Origin: Candidatus Limnocylindria bacterium
Lineage (GTDB): Bacteria > Chloroflexota > Limnocylindria > P2-11E
Direction of reading: 5' to 3'
NCBI GenBank assembly: GCA_038211425.1
Contig: JBBQVQ010000002.1
Coordinates: forward strand, 29,717 to 93,716
Length of the DNA: 64,000 nt
Below the pieces are notes generated by a model. That model was not told where the DNA came from, ran no database searches, and saw only the letters and a program-made list of their open reading frames with translations. Shown here in pieces: positions 26,740-36,777 of the stretch. The stretch's first letter is position 1; every line of letters begins with the position of its first letter. The position numbers and the translations under genes were made by a program.

Positions 26740-28680
26740 TCAGGTCTCCGCGATGCCCGAGTCGGTCGACGCGAACGACGCGTCGAGTTGTTCGCCTTCC
26801 CTGAGGGGCCGCGGCCTGCATGCGATCCAGCCCACGACACCGAGCCCGACCGCGAGCGCCACCCAGGCCGCCGACAAGGCGATGGAGGCGCCGTCGATGC
26901 GGACGAGCGACGGGAGAAGCGATCCGGGTGTGGGCCGGATGAGCCTACCGATGAAGACCCAGAATTCGCCGGGCGAACCGGTCTCGCGGATCCGCGCCGC
27001 GAGCTCATAGCGGGTCTCCGGCAGCACCGCGTAGATGTAGGTCACGAACGCGGTCCATCCCGCCACGCACCAGCCGATCGCTTCGAGGGCCGGGCGCAGG
27101 CGCGCCGCGGCGCGGATCGCCTCGAGGCCACCCGCGACCCCGGCGACCAGCAGGGGCATCGAGGCGAGCATGTAGCGCGACGGCGGCGAGCCGTCGGCGA
27201 ACCAGTACGCGATGTCGGCGATGTAGATGAAGTACGCGAGCCAGCCAAGGAAGAGCGGCGTGAGGATCGGCAGCATGCCCGAGCGCGCGCGACGGACGAG
27301 CACGGCGGCCCCGAGGAACGCGAGGAGGTAGATCGGAGCGCGTCCGATGAGCCCGAACACGCGGTCGAAGAACAAGCCCAGTCCGCCGACGATGGGCGAG
27401 TACACGAGCACCTGCGACTGATCGCTGATCAGGTAGTAACCGGCGGCGGGCAGGTACAGGCCGAACATGCGCCCGTTGACGTACGCGAGGAGCCCAACGA
27501 TCCCGGCGAACGGGAGCCCTCCGGCGGCGATGCGCGCGCCCGCGATCCGCAGGCGCCCGCGCGGCGACGCGGAGGACGTCATGGCGCCGAGGCCCCTCCC
27601 GCGCTGGGCAGCCGACGACATGGTGGCGCGAAGCGGCGCGGGACCGCCGAACAGTGGGCGGAGGGACCAGAACGCGACGACCACCCCGACGCCGACGGAG
27701 ATCAGCCACGCGCGCGTCGTCAGCAACGGCAGCACGCCGACCAGCGCGCTCGCCCACGCGAGATCGCGCAGGCGCATGGCGGCGCCGCGCCCAAGGAGCC
27801 GCACCGCGCCGACGAAGGCGAGCGCGGCAGGCAGGTCCGGATAGACCTGCGTCGAGTACGTCAGTATCGGGTGCGCGAGCACGGTCGCCGCGGTCGCGAG
27901 GAACGTGTCGCGCGGGCTGAAACGCAGGTCGCGCAGGAGCAGGTAGAGCTGCGCGGCGAGCAGGGCCGCGACCAGGCAGAGCATCGCCATGACACCCGAC
28001 CGGCCACCCAGCGCGAAGGGAACGACGGAGAGGATCGGCAGGCCCAGGTCGCGGATCGGGTATATGGCGTTGCCCACGCCGATGCCATGAACGTCCGGGA
28101 GCCGTGCCGGGTAGAACACGCGATAGCGGTCGCCGTCGTAGTCGTTACGCAGGTCGAGGTCATGGTCGTAGAGCAGACTCTGGGTGATCAGCAGGTAGTG
28201 CGGCTCGTCCGAAGCCGTCGGGTAGCCGGACCGGTCGTACGGGAGCACCATCAAACTCGTCGCGAGCACCGTGAGAGCGATCAGCGTGGCGGCGCGACGG
28301 TCGCCGAGCGTCGGGAGTCCGGCGCGGATGCCGAGGAGGGCGTGCACCGCGAAGGCGACGGCGACGAGCACATAGACGGCGCCGAGCTGCGAGTTCAGCA
28401 CCGCCGGGTCGTAGCGGACCATGAACAGCAGGAGCGGCGACGCGGCGTAGAGCGCGAAGTGGCGCAGCAGGAAGCCGCGCCCCACCCCGGGCGCCAGGCA
28501 GGCGATGCCGGCCGATCCGACCGTCGCCAGCACGAGCGCGTACGGCAGCCACTTCGCGGTGAGCGCGACGAAGAGATCCGGGTTCCGCGCATCGAGCGGG
28601 ACGGACTGCCGGCCGGCCACGAGGAGCAGCACGGTGAGGCCCGCGTTGACCACCACGAAAAGGCCGAGGTCCCGCCGCAT
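26740..28680 (-). CDS. Polytopic membrane protein, GT-C (PMT/ArnT-like) glycosyltransferase
   Basis: SDEPHYL acidic first-loop motif, TYSTQVYPD, FFDRVFGL, GSPPSRY; TGATG overlap with upstream gene. Confidence 0.72.
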   Translation of the reverse strand: MRRDLGLFVVVNAGLTVLLLVAGRQSVPLDARNPDLFVALTAKWLPYALVLATVGSAGIACLAPGVGRGFLLRHFALYAASPLLLFMVRYDPAVLNSQLGAVYVLVAVAFAVHALLGIRAGLPTLGDRRAATLIALTVLATSLMVLPYDRSGYPTASDEPHYLLITQSLLYDHDLDLRNDYDGDRYRVFYPARLPDVHGIGVGNAIYPIRDLGLPILSVVPFALGGRSGVMAMLCLVAALLAAQLYLLLRDLRFSPRDTFLATAATVLAHPILTYSTQVYPDLPAALAFVGAVRLLGRGAAMRLRDLAWASALVGVLPLLTTRAWLISVGVGVVVAFWSLRPLFGGPAPLRATMSSAAQRGRGLGAMTSSASPRGRLRIAGARIAAGGLPFAGIVGLLAYVNGRMFGLYLPAAGYYLISDQSQVLVYSPIVGGLGLFFDRVFGLIGRAPIYLLAFLGAAVLVRRARSGMLPILTPLFLGWLAYFIYIADIAYWFADGSPPSRYMLASMPLLVAGVAGGLEAIRAAARLRPALEAIGWCVAGWTAFVTYIYAVLPETRYELAARIRETGSPGEFWVFIGRLIRPTPGSLLPSLVRIDGASIALSAAWVALAVGLGVVGWIACRPRPLREGEQLDASFASTDSGIAET

Positions 28681-30386
28681 CACGAACCCGCGGTCCGCCG
28701 GCGGCCGATCCAGACGAGGGCGACGACTCCGACCACGGCCACGAGCGTGCGCAGGTACGCGCCGACGTACCAGTCCGGCTGCAGGGGCTGGAAGTTGGGC
28801 AGCCATCCCAGCGGGTTCAACGCCAGCACCGCGTCATAGACGTCCTGGATGCGCCCATCGCCCGCGGTGTTCAGCGCGCGCGTGGGCACGGCGGAGATCA
28901 CGAGGCCGGCGAAGGCGCTCATCGCCAGTGTCGCGCCCGCGAACATGCGCAGCGGCCAGGCTCTTGCCGCCGCGAGGCCGAAGACGACGAAGGGCGCCGC
29001 GAGCGGGACCACCTCGACGAAGTACCGGCCCGGCGGAGCGTATCCGCCCTCCCAGTAGCGGAACAGGGAGAGTGCGAGCAGCGTGGTGCCGATCGCCGCC
29101 CCCGCGGGAACGAGCGTACGCCGCGCCGAACGCAGCGCCGGCGCGACGCCCAGCGCTGCGATGAACAGCCAGGGCGCGGTCCCGGCAAGGCCGAAGGTGC
29201 GGTCGAACAGCATCGCCGGCAGCCCGTACCAGAAGAGGAAGGTGAGCGAAGATACCCTGCCGGGCGCGGCGGCGGCGGTCATGCTCTCCAGATAGCCCGC
29301 GTAGGGGAGCGGGGTCCCATAGAGGACCGCATCGACCGCACTCGCGAGCGCGAACATCGCCGCGACGCCGACCGTGAACCGCAGGAGGCCGTCGCGCCGG
29401 TACCAGAGTACGAACGGCGCGAGCGCAACGAGTGCCAGGCCGTCGCGAGGGGTGAGGAAGAGCGTCGAGCCGAGGGCGAGGCCTGCGAGGAGAAAGCGCC
29501 GTCGGGCGGCCGTGAACGCGAGCCGGTAGCCGGCAACGATGGCAAGCGCTCCGAGGCCGTTCTGGTACACGTGCGTCGCCATCGGCAGGAATGGCGGAAG
29601 GAACGCGGCTGCCGCCCAGACGCCGCCGCCCATTGGCCGGCTCGGGGGGGCCTCGTGGAGGAGTTCGTAGAGCTGCCAACTGGCGAGCGCCGCGATGAGC
29701 GCGATCGTCAGGTGCTCTCCCATTCTGCCCGCGAGGAGCCAGCCCGGGACCAGGAGCGCGGGGAGCGCGTAGCCCTGCACCAGGCGCTCGCCGGCCGGCG
29801 CCTGGATCACGTGCGCCTCGATGTCGGCCGGCGAAATGTCGATGCCCGCGAGGCTGTGGAAGAGCGCGGAGTTGGCGTACGCGCGGCCCGCGTCGACGCT
29901 GCCGCGGCCGATGAGGTCGGCGGCCATGACGTAGTGGGCCTCGTCACCGTGCAGGAGCGACGACACCTGGAGCCACGCCATCAGGGACGCGTAGACGCCG
30001 AACGAGGCCGCAGCGACCAGCCAGCCTGGAGCGTCCGAGGTCGCGATGGCGAAGATGGTCGGTGCGAAGCGCGCTGCGATCGCGAGCACGAAGAAGATGC
30101 CCGCGGCATCGCGCGGAAGCGGTCCAAGCGAGAGCACCAGCACGCAGACAAGGAACGCGGCGAGCGACAGGCCATCGTGCGCAAAGAGCCGTTCGGGCCG
30201 CCGGATCGTCCACCCGGCGGCGATCGCGAGGATGCTCGCTCCCGCGCTCGCGAGGGGCAGGGCCACGGAGATCGCGCCGGCGACCAGCGCGTCGGAGGAG
30301 TTGTCGGTCGCCCACTGTTGATGGAGCGCGCGCCAGATGACGACAGAGAGCATCGTCGCCATCGCGATGTGCGCCGCGCGCCACAC
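28680..30386 (-). CDS. Polytopic membrane protein, GT-C-like glycosyltransferase (paralog of 26740..28680)
   Basis: GDEAHY, LFDRTFGL, GYAPPGRY; many TM helices; TAGTCT 6 nt before the GTG. Confidence 0.72.
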   Translation of the reverse strand: MWRAAHIAMATMLSVVIWRALHQQWATDNSSDALVAGAISVALPLASAGASILAIAAGWTIRRPERLFAHDGLSLAAFLVCVLVLSLGPLPRDAAGIFFVLAIAARFAPTIFAIATSDAPGWLVAAASFGVYASLMAWLQVSSLLHGDEAHYVMAADLIGRGSVDAGRAYANSALFHSLAGIDISPADIEAHVIQAPAGERLVQGYALPALLVPGWLLAGRMGEHLTIALIAALASWQLYELLHEAPPSRPMGGGVWAAAAFLPPFLPMATHVYQNGLGALAIVAGYRLAFTAARRRFLLAGLALGSTLFLTPRDGLALVALAPFVLWYRRDGLLRFTVGVAAMFALASAVDAVLYGTPLPYAGYLESMTAAAAPGRVSSLTFLFWYGLPAMLFDRTFGLAGTAPWLFIAALGVAPALRSARRTLVPAGAAIGTTLLALSLFRYWEGGYAPPGRYFVEVVPLAAPFVVFGLAAARAWPLRMFAGATLAMSAFAGLVISAVPTRALNTAGDGRIQDVYDAVLALNPLGWLPNFQPLQPDWYVGAYLRTLVAVVGVVALVWIGRRRTAGS

Positions 30387-30456
30387 GCGATGAGACTAGC
30401 CGCCGAGACCGCGGATCGGCTCGCGGGCCGCCGGAGGGGGCGCGATCAGGCCGTGG

Positions 30457-30687
30457 CTATCCCGACGTCAGCTGAGCACCGACCAACTGGAGGACGTCGC
30501 CGAGGGTCCGCGCGTCCTGCAGCTCGCTGGTCGAGAGTGTCTGGCCGAGCTCATCTTGCGCGAACATCACCACGTCGACCTGCGCCAGCGAATCCCATCG
30601 CTCGTTGCCCTTGAGCTCGGTATCCTCCGCCAGCTCCGGCCACTCCAGCGTTCGGCGCAGGCCGGCGATGAACTCGGTTCGCGTCAT
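30457..30687 (-). CDS. Acyl carrier protein
   Basis: 76 aa, acidic, WDSL phosphopantetheine site, ARTLGDV; ATGA overlap with KAS III stop. Confidence 0.9.
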   Translation of the reverse strand: MTRTEFIAGLRRTLEWPELAEDTELKGNERWDSLAQVDVVMFAQDELGQTLSTSELQDARTLGDVLQLVGAQLTSG

Positions 30688-31712
30688 GAATCCGGGCTCC
30701 AGACGATGAGATTCGCGCCCCACGAGTAGCCCACGCCGAATCCGACGGTCAGTACGCGGTCGCCAAATGCGAGGCGGCCCGTCTCCGCGAGATGCTGGAG
30801 CACGATCGGGATCGTCGAGGAGACCGTGTTGCCGCATTCCGCGAAGTGGACCGCGAACTTTTCATCCGGCACCTTCAGCTGCTTCTGCAGGTAACGAAGC
30901 ATGTATTCATTGGCCTGGTGCAGCACCACGTGCTGGATCTCGTCCATGGTCACGCCTGCCTTGGCCAACAGCTCCTTCACGACCGCGGGAATGCGTCGGA
31001 TCGTGAACTCGAGGATCGCCGGACCGTTCATGTACAGGTTCGCCTCGGTGCGGACGTTGCCACTCTCATCGGTGGCCTCCTCCAGCGCACCCTCTCGCGT
31101 CGGCTGACGCATTCCGCCGCGGGGAACGATGAGATTCTGCGCCCCGCTTCCGTCGGTCCCGAGCACGAACGGACCGAGGCTCGGTGCATCGCGCTCGACC
31201 GCTGTGACCAGCGTGGCGCTGCCCGCGTCGCCGAAAAGCGTGCGCACGCTCTTGTCCAGTGGATGAATGTATCGCGAGTACGCCTCACCCATCACGAGCA
31301 GCGCGTTGCTCGCGATGCCGGCGTCGATCATCGAGCGGGCCATGGCCAGCCCGTATGGGAAGGCGGAGCAGCCGAGGTTGTAATCGAAGGCGGCCGCGCT
31401 CGTGGTCAGCTTCAGCCGATGCTGAAGGATGCAAGCGGTGGTCGGGAGAAAGTAGTCGGGACTCTGGGTGCAGTAGAGGAGGAGGTCGATCTTGTCGCGA
31501 TCGAATCCCGTCTTCTGCAGGAGCCCCTCCGTGGCGCAGAAGGCGAGATCCGCGGCCGTCTGTCCCTCGGCGACGACGCGTCGTTCCCTGATGCCCGTCT
31601 TCTGGAGGATCTTGTCCGCGCTCCAGTTCGGATAGAGCGAAGACAGCTCCTCGTTCGTCAGCCGCTTCTCCGGCAGGTAGTGGTCGATCGCCTGAATGGC
31701 GGCGACGCGCAT
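30684..31712 (-). CDS. 3-oxoacyl-ACP synthase III (FabH-like, cluster-specific)
   Basis: Cys-His-Asn triad: LGCSAF, HQAN, GNTVSSTIP; LFGDAG; GFGVGYSWG. Confidence 0.93.
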   Translation of the reverse strand: MRVAAIQAIDHYLPEKRLTNEELSSLYPNWSADKILQKTGIRERRVVAEGQTAADLAFCATEGLLQKTGFDRDKIDLLLYCTQSPDYFLPTTACILQHRLKLTTSAAAFDYNLGCSAFPYGLAMARSMIDAGIASNALLVMGEAYSRYIHPLDKSVRTLFGDAGSATLVTAVERDAPSLGPFVLGTDGSGAQNLIVPRGGMRQPTREGALEEATDESGNVRTEANLYMNGPAILEFTIRRIPAVVKELLAKAGVTMDEIQHVVLHQANEYMLRYLQKQLKVPDEKFAVHFAECGNTVSSTIPIVLQHLAETGRLAFGDRVLTVGFGVGYSWGANLIVWSPDS

Positions 31713-32596
31713 CAGTCGATCATCCCGGCAACGCGCGCACTTTTGGCGCCTTCAGCAAGCGGCACGCCGCGGCCCACGGCCTGGACGTACAGCTCCTCGA
31801 GCGTGAGGATCGGGTACGCCAGCGCCCGGGCGTGGGCGAGGAGCCCCTCGAGGAACGTTCGCGCGCCGGCGCCGCCGTACCTCCGCTCCCCGATATCGAG
31901 CTGGGGCGCCTTGTACAGCGGGCGACTGGCCTCGTGAAAACGCTCGTCCGGGACGTTGAGCGCCACGCGGAGGGGATGCACATTGATGATCTTAAGACCC
32001 GGGGAGCCAAGCTCTTCGTCGATCGCCTCGAGGGTCCACGGGATGCCAAGATCGGAATGCACATCGTCCTCCCAGAACACCGGGAAGCGAACGATCCGCC
32101 GGATCGCGGTGCGCAGCGGTACCAGGCCGGGCTGCAGGAATGCGCAGAGATTGGAGTCGTAGCGGAACCCGCGGTCCGCCATCCGGCGGCTCATCCTGGT
32201 CTCGTCGTAGAAGCAGTGCGAGCGGAATGACCGCGCTCGCGGCCAGAGCGCCGTCACGTGCGCGATCACCTCATCCACCGAGCCGCCGTGACTGCTGCCC
32301 GGCAGGAAATTCGGATGAACGCCGACGTTGCCGGCTTCCGGTGAGCCGGCGAGTCGCCGCCACAGGTATTCAGACCGGTGGGTCAGGAACGGGGTCAGGC
32401 GCACGCCATACGTATCGGCCAGGCCGAACAGATCCTCGATCGCCCACTCCGGGGCCCACTCGATGTCCGTCGTAAAGCAGAAGGCCGGCCGCTCAGCGAG
32501 ATAAGCCCGCACCGCGTCGGCCAGGATGGACTCGGTCACGATCGCTCCACTCCTGTCCTGGCCGGTCATGTCGGCGCGGCGTGGCGCGGAGCTCAC
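31712..32596 (-). CDS. Polysaccharide deacetylase-like protein (WbmS-like)
   Basis: FTTDIEWAP, GVHPNF, FRSH, YDSN, PVFWEDD, INVHP. Confidence 0.78.
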   Translation of the reverse strand: MSSAPRRADMTGQDRSGAIVTESILADAVRAYLAERPAFCFTTDIEWAPEWAIEDLFGLADTYGVRLTPFLTHRSEYLWRRLAGSPEAGNVGVHPNFLPGSSHGGSVDEVIAHVTALWPRARSFRSHCFYDETRMSRRMADRGFRYDSNLCAFLQPGLVPLRTAIRRIVRFPVFWEDDVHSDLGIPWTLEAIDEELGSPGLKIINVHPLRVALNVPDERFHEASRPLYKAPQLDIGERRYGGAGARTFLEGLLAHARALAYPILTLEELYVQAVGRGVPLAEGAKSARVAGMID

Positions 32597-32831
32597 GGCC
32601 GCACGTCAGCGCAACCGCATGGCGCCCTGGATCGAGCGTTCATGCACGCCCGGCGTGACCCCACTCGTTCGGAGAGGGTAACGTGGATCGAGTGTCGATC
32701 GCCATGACGGCGTAGGCGCCGCTGCCATGGCCCGGGTGCGGACCCATCGGACCGGTCGAGGTCAGGCGCGATCCGATCCGCGAGCCGGGCCACCCCCTCG
32801 GATATGGGTGGCGGTACATTCCTCGGCGGGC

Positions 32832-33725
32832 ATGCGACTCAGTGAGGCCGCGGGCATCGTCGGCTGGGACGTGGTGCGCGATGGTGAGTTCTCCGACCTC
32901 GCCCTCGCTTCACGCGCGAACGCGCGGACACTCGTCTACGCCTCCGACGACTCGCTGATCGACTATCTGGTGAGCAAACGACCGGCGGCTGTGGTGACCA
33001 ACAGGCTGGCGGCCGCGCGCGTGCCGAATGGTATCGCGGTCGCTCGATGCGATGTGCCTGAGCGCGCCTTTTACGACCTGCACGCGGCCCTGGCGAAAGG
33101 GCCGTTCTATTGGACCGACGCCCCGAGCCGCATCCATCCGAGCGCGCGCGTCGATACGCGGGCGTCCGTCTCGGCCCGTAACGTGATCATCGGGCCCGAT
33201 TGCGTGATCGAACCGGCCGTCACGATCCTTGAACGGGTGACCCTCGGGACCGGCGTGATCGTTCGCGCCGGCGCGGTCCTCGGCGCCGAGGGCTTCGAGT
33301 TCAAGGGCGCCGCGATGCGGCAGGGACGCGCATCACGATCGGCCGATACCCATGAGGGTGTCGTCGCGGTACCGCATGCGGGATCCGTCTCGATCGGTGA
33401 TCGGGCGGAGATCCAAGCCAATTGCGCGGTCGACCGCAGTCTCTTCCGTGAGCCCACACGCATCGGCGCCGACACGAAGCTCGACAACCTCGTCCACGTC
33501 GCGCATAGCGTCCAGATCGGCGAGCGGACGCTGATCACCGCAGGGGTGACGATCGCGGGCAGCGCGCAGATCGGCGATGAGGTGTGGATCGGCCCGGGCG
33601 CGGTGATCTCGAGCGGCGTGACCATCGGTGCTGGCGCGGCGGTCGTGATCGGCACGACGGTAACCAAAGATGTCGCGCCGGGCACCCGGGTGGCGAACAA
33701 CCTGCGGTTGTACAAGCTGCCCTAG
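32832..33725 (+). CDS. LpxD-like UDP-sugar N-acyltransferase (hexapeptide repeat)
   Basis: LGAEGFEF, HAGSVSIGDRAEIQAN..VDR, TRIGADTKLDNLVHVAHSVQIG, IAGS; N-terminal LpxD-like domain. Confidence 0.85.
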   Translation: MRLSEAAGIVGWDVVRDGEFSDLALASRANARTLVYASDDSLIDYLVSKRPAAVVTNRLAAARVPNGIAVARCDVPERAFYDLHAALAKGPFYWTDAPSRIHPSARVDTRASVSARNVIIGPDCVIEPAVTILERVTLGTGVIVRAGAVLGAEGFEFKGAAMRQGRASRSADTHEGVVAVPHAGSVSIGDRAEIQANCAVDRSLFREPTRIGADTKLDNLVHVAHSVQIGERTLITAGVTIAGSAQIGDEVWIGPGAVISSGVTIGAGAAVVIGTTVTKDVAPGTRVANNLRLYKLP

Positions 33726-33786
33726 CATGCGCGCGGTCGGCGTTGGCCACGCCCGCCATGCACACCACGCTCGAGGAGAACCAGCC

Positions 33787-35295
33787 ATGGGTCACACGGT
33801 CGTTCTCGGCGGCGGGATCTGCGGACTCGTTGCCGGCTCCTCGCTCGCCGAACGGGGCGAGCAGGTCACGGTGCTCGAGGCGCAGCACTTCCTCGGCGGG
33901 CTCGCGACCACGTTGCGCGGTTCGACCGGCGCGGGCTACGACTTTGGCCCGCACGCGTATCACGCACGCAATCAGCGGGTGCTCGATCTGTTCAAGGGCA
34001 TCGCCCACGACGGCTTCCCGGCCCGGCACAAGAACGTTCGGATCAAGTTCCGCGGCAAGTACTACAAGTACCCGCTCGAGGCGCTCGATATCGCCAAGAG
34101 CATGTCGCCGTTGTTGGCCGTCCGGGCCTTCCTCGACTACTTCCTCGAGGTGCTGCGGCGCCGCTTCCGCCCGCGCCAGATCATCTCGGCCGAGGACTGG
34201 GTGGTCCAGGGAATGGGGCGGACGCTGTACAACATGTTCTTCGGGCCATACACCGCCAAGGTGTGGGGGATGCCACCCTCCCAGCTGGCTGCTTCCTTTG
34301 CGCAGCACCGGATCCCGCAGATCAACCTCTGGAAGGTCGCGGTCTCCTCCTTCCGCAAGGGCCTGGACAAGATCACCGACACTGAGCACAAGTACGCGCC
34401 CCTGGTCGTGGACTTGTACTACCCCCCGAGGGGAGCGGGCCTCATCAGCGAGCGGTTGGCCGAGCTGATCCGGCGCGCCGGCGCGAGCAACCGCGTGTGC
34501 ACGCAGACGCTCGTGACGGCGATCGAGACCGAGGGCGACCGCGTCGTGGCTGTGCGCTACCGGCCGGTCACCCCGACGGGACACGACAGCGAGGCGTGCG
34601 TCATGGCCTCCGGGACGGAATCGGGGGTCCACCCGTTCGAATTCACCGGACCGGAGCAGCGCATCGCCTGCGACCGTGTCGTGAACACGATCCCCCTCCC
34701 CGCGCTGGTCGAGCTCCTTGGCCCCTCGGTGCCTGCGGAGACGCACGCCGCGGCGCGGTATCTGCGCTTCCGCGCCATAACGATCCTGGGGCTCCGCTTC
34801 GCACGGCCCCGTGCACTGCCAGCGATGTCCATCTACTTCCAGGACAAGACGTTCAATCGGCTCTCGGAGACGCGCAACTACGGCGGCACCGAGATCTGTG
34901 CGCCGGACGAGACCGTCCTGCTGTGCGACATCACCTGCGCCGTCGGCGACGAGATCTGGACAGCGGATCCCTGGCAGCTGGGGCAACGCTGCGCCAGGGA
35001 GCTCGCCGCGGAAGGTTTCGTGAGAGAGGACGAACTGCTCGAGGCGGTCGCGTTGCGCTCGACCTGCGGGTATCCGGTGTACATGGTCGGCTACGAGAAG
35101 GCGATCGCCACGATCTCGCAGGAGCTGCTGCGGTTCGACGATCTCGTGACCGGTGGCCGACAGGGCCTGTACAAGTACGTCGACATGGACATCGCCTCGG
35201 AGATGGGCCTCGCCATGGCGGACTTCCTGATGTCCGGTCAGCCAAAGCGTGCCCGCATCGGCGATGTGCCCTACGAGGACCGGACCTTCGCCTGA
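33787..35295 (+). CDS. FAD-dependent oxidoreductase (HemY/Glf-like), intact paralog
   Basis: VVLGGGICGL, GGLATT, DFGPH, YTAKVWG, GRQGLYKY.DMD; GAGGAG SD. Confidence 0.88.
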   Translation: MGHTVVLGGGICGLVAGSSLAERGEQVTVLEAQHFLGGLATTLRGSTGAGYDFGPHAYHARNQRVLDLFKGIAHDGFPARHKNVRIKFRGKYYKYPLEALDIAKSMSPLLAVRAFLDYFLEVLRRRFRPRQIISAEDWVVQGMGRTLYNMFFGPYTAKVWGMPPSQLAASFAQHRIPQINLWKVAVSSFRKGLDKITDTEHKYAPLVVDLYYPPRGAGLISERLAELIRRAGASNRVCTQTLVTAIETEGDRVVAVRYRPVTPTGHDSEACVMASGTESGVHPFEFTGPEQRIACDRVVNTIPLPALVELLGPSVPAETHAAARYLRFRAITILGLRFARPRALPAMSIYFQDKTFNRLSETRNYGGTEICAPDETVLLCDITCAVGDEIWTADPWQLGQRCARELAAEGFVREDELLEAVALRSTCGYPVYMVGYEKAIATISQELLRFDDLVTGGRQGLYKYVDMDIASEMGLAMADFLMSGQPKRARIGDVPYEDRTFA

Positions 35296-35394
35296 TCGCG
35301 GCTTTCACGCTCGCGGCGCGCCCGGCGCGCCACACCGTGAGCGAACTGGCCTCAAAGCAGAGGCGCAGCTCGTGGCCCATCCGCGGGCGGGAGG

Positions 35395-35430
35395 ACAAGA
35401 GAGAGGGGCGGCCATTCGGCCGCCCCTCTC
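35395..35430 (-). terminator. Intrinsic terminator-like hairpin between convergent genes
   Basis: Perfect 13-bp stem GAGAGGGGCGGCC-ATTC-GGCCGCCCCTCTC (35401-35430), followed on the minus strand by TCTTGT. Confidence 0.8.
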
Positions 35431-35457
35431 GAGATCGCTGCGCGTGGGACTCGGGCG

Positions 35458-36777
35458 CTACGGGGTGAACGTGGCGGTGGCGGGACTAGCCATGGCGACG
35501 CCCGAGGAGTTCAGAACCTGACCAGTAGCTGTAGTGGTCGTCAGGTGAACGGTGTAGGCGGTGCCGACGGTGAGCGGAGCGCTCGTCGTCGCGGTGAACG
35601 TGGTCGACGCGGCCCCCGCCGTCTGGGGGCACGTGATCGTCGCGATGGTGGGAGGCGTCCCGGTTCCGCCAGTAAGCGTCGCGGTGGTCGCCGGGAAGGT
35701 GCCGGTGCAATAAACCGGCTGAGAGAACGTCAGCGTCACGGTGCTGCCAGTGCCGGTAGCACTGGCGAGCGTCGGCGGCGTTGTAACGAGGGCGACGGTG
35801 AGGGTCAGAGCGTTCGAAGCGGTGCCACCCGCGTTGGTGACGGTCACGGGATGAGAACCCGCAGTCAGTGCTGGAACGGTCACCGTAAGCGCGAGCGGGG
35901 TGCAGAGGGTCACCGTCGCGGTGACCCCGCCGATCGTAACGATCGGGTCGGGCGCGCAGGTGAAGCCAGTGCCCGCGATGACCAGGCTGCCGCCGCCAAT
36001 CGGCGGGCTGGTGTTAGGAGTGAGCGTGGTCAGAACGGCAGCTGGCACCGCGAGGGTGATGCTAAGAGTGTTCGAAGCGGGGGCGCCCGCGTTAGTGACC
36101 ACCACAGGCTGAGAGCCCGCGGTCCCTGCGGGCGTGGTCACGGTGACGGCTGTCGGCGTGCAGAGGGTGACGGTCGCGGCGGCCCCACCAACCGTGACGG
36201 TGAGCCCCGGGCAGATGAAGCCCGTGCCGTTGATGACGAGCGTCGTGCCGCCCGCGGTCGAGGCCGTGGTCGGAGCGGTCGTGGTCAGCACGGCGGGCGC
36301 GGGCGAGAAGGCGTCCTGGTAGTAGCCCTGCGGGTGGATCATCTGACCCGTCGCCGCGAGGGACAGGTCGCCGTTGAAGCGCGCGTAGCCGCCGGCAGCG
36401 GGCGCGGTCACGCTGTAGATGAAGAAGCCCTGCTGTCCGGGCCCGACGTAGCTCGTCGACGTCGTCGCGTACGCGGTCGACGAGAGCCACGCGCTGGCCC
36501 ACGCCGCATTCGGCGACGCGACGTTGCACGTCGTCTTGTCGGCGAGACAGACGGCGAGGTTGACCTGGGTCCCGGTGCCGGTGACCCAGCCCGTGGCTCC
36601 GGTGTTCGTGAAGATCGCGACGAACTGGCCGGTCGTACCGGGCGCGAGGGTCAGGAAGGCGCTCTCACCGAAGTAGGCGGAGTCATATCCACTGACCGCT
36701 GCGGCCGGCTGCGCCGTGAACCCGAAGATGCTCAGCGCGAGTGCCATCGCGGTGATCGCGGTAACGATGCGCTGCAT
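35458..36777 (-). CDS. Secreted Thr-rich surface protein with NBR1-like Ig, two IPT/TIG domains and a C-terminal Ig-like domain (S-layer-like candidate)
   Basis: Signal peptide (..QPAAA); two repeats of GGxxLVIxGTGFxC...VTLCTP.A.TVT.PA.TAGS.PV.VTNAG..SN; own terminator and long 5' region. Confidence 0.82.
   Translation of the reverse strand: MQRIVTAITAMALALSIFGFTAQPAAAVSGYDSAYFGESAFLTLAPGTTGQFVAIFTNTGATGWVTGTGTQVNLAVCLADKTTCNVASPNAAWASAWLSSTAYATTSTSYVGPGQQGFFIYSVTAPAAGGYARFNGDLSLAATGQMIHPQGYYQDAFSPAPAVLTTTAPTTASTAGGTTLVINGTGFICPGLTVTVGGAAATVTLCTPTAVTVTTPAGTAGSQPVVVTNAGAPASNTLSITLAVPAAVLTTLTPNTSPPIGGGSLVIAGTGFTCAPDPIVTIGGVTATVTLCTPLALTVTVPALTAGSHPVTVTNAGGTASNALTLTVALVTTPPTLASATGTGSTVTLTFSQPVYCTGTFPATTATLTGGTGTPPTIATITCPQTAGAASTTFTATTSAPLTVGTAYTVHLTTTTATGQVLNSSGVAMASPATATFTP

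Noticed and set aside
27545-27625. Short degenerate duplication in the GT-C gene (TMSSAAQRGR / AMTSSASPRGR)
   Set aside because: A minor loop duplication with no evidence of function.
32832-33725. Calling this canonical lpxD of lipid A synthesis
   Set aside because: Shorter than typical LpxD and lacks the bamA-skp-fabZ-lpxA-lpxB context; left as LpxD-like.
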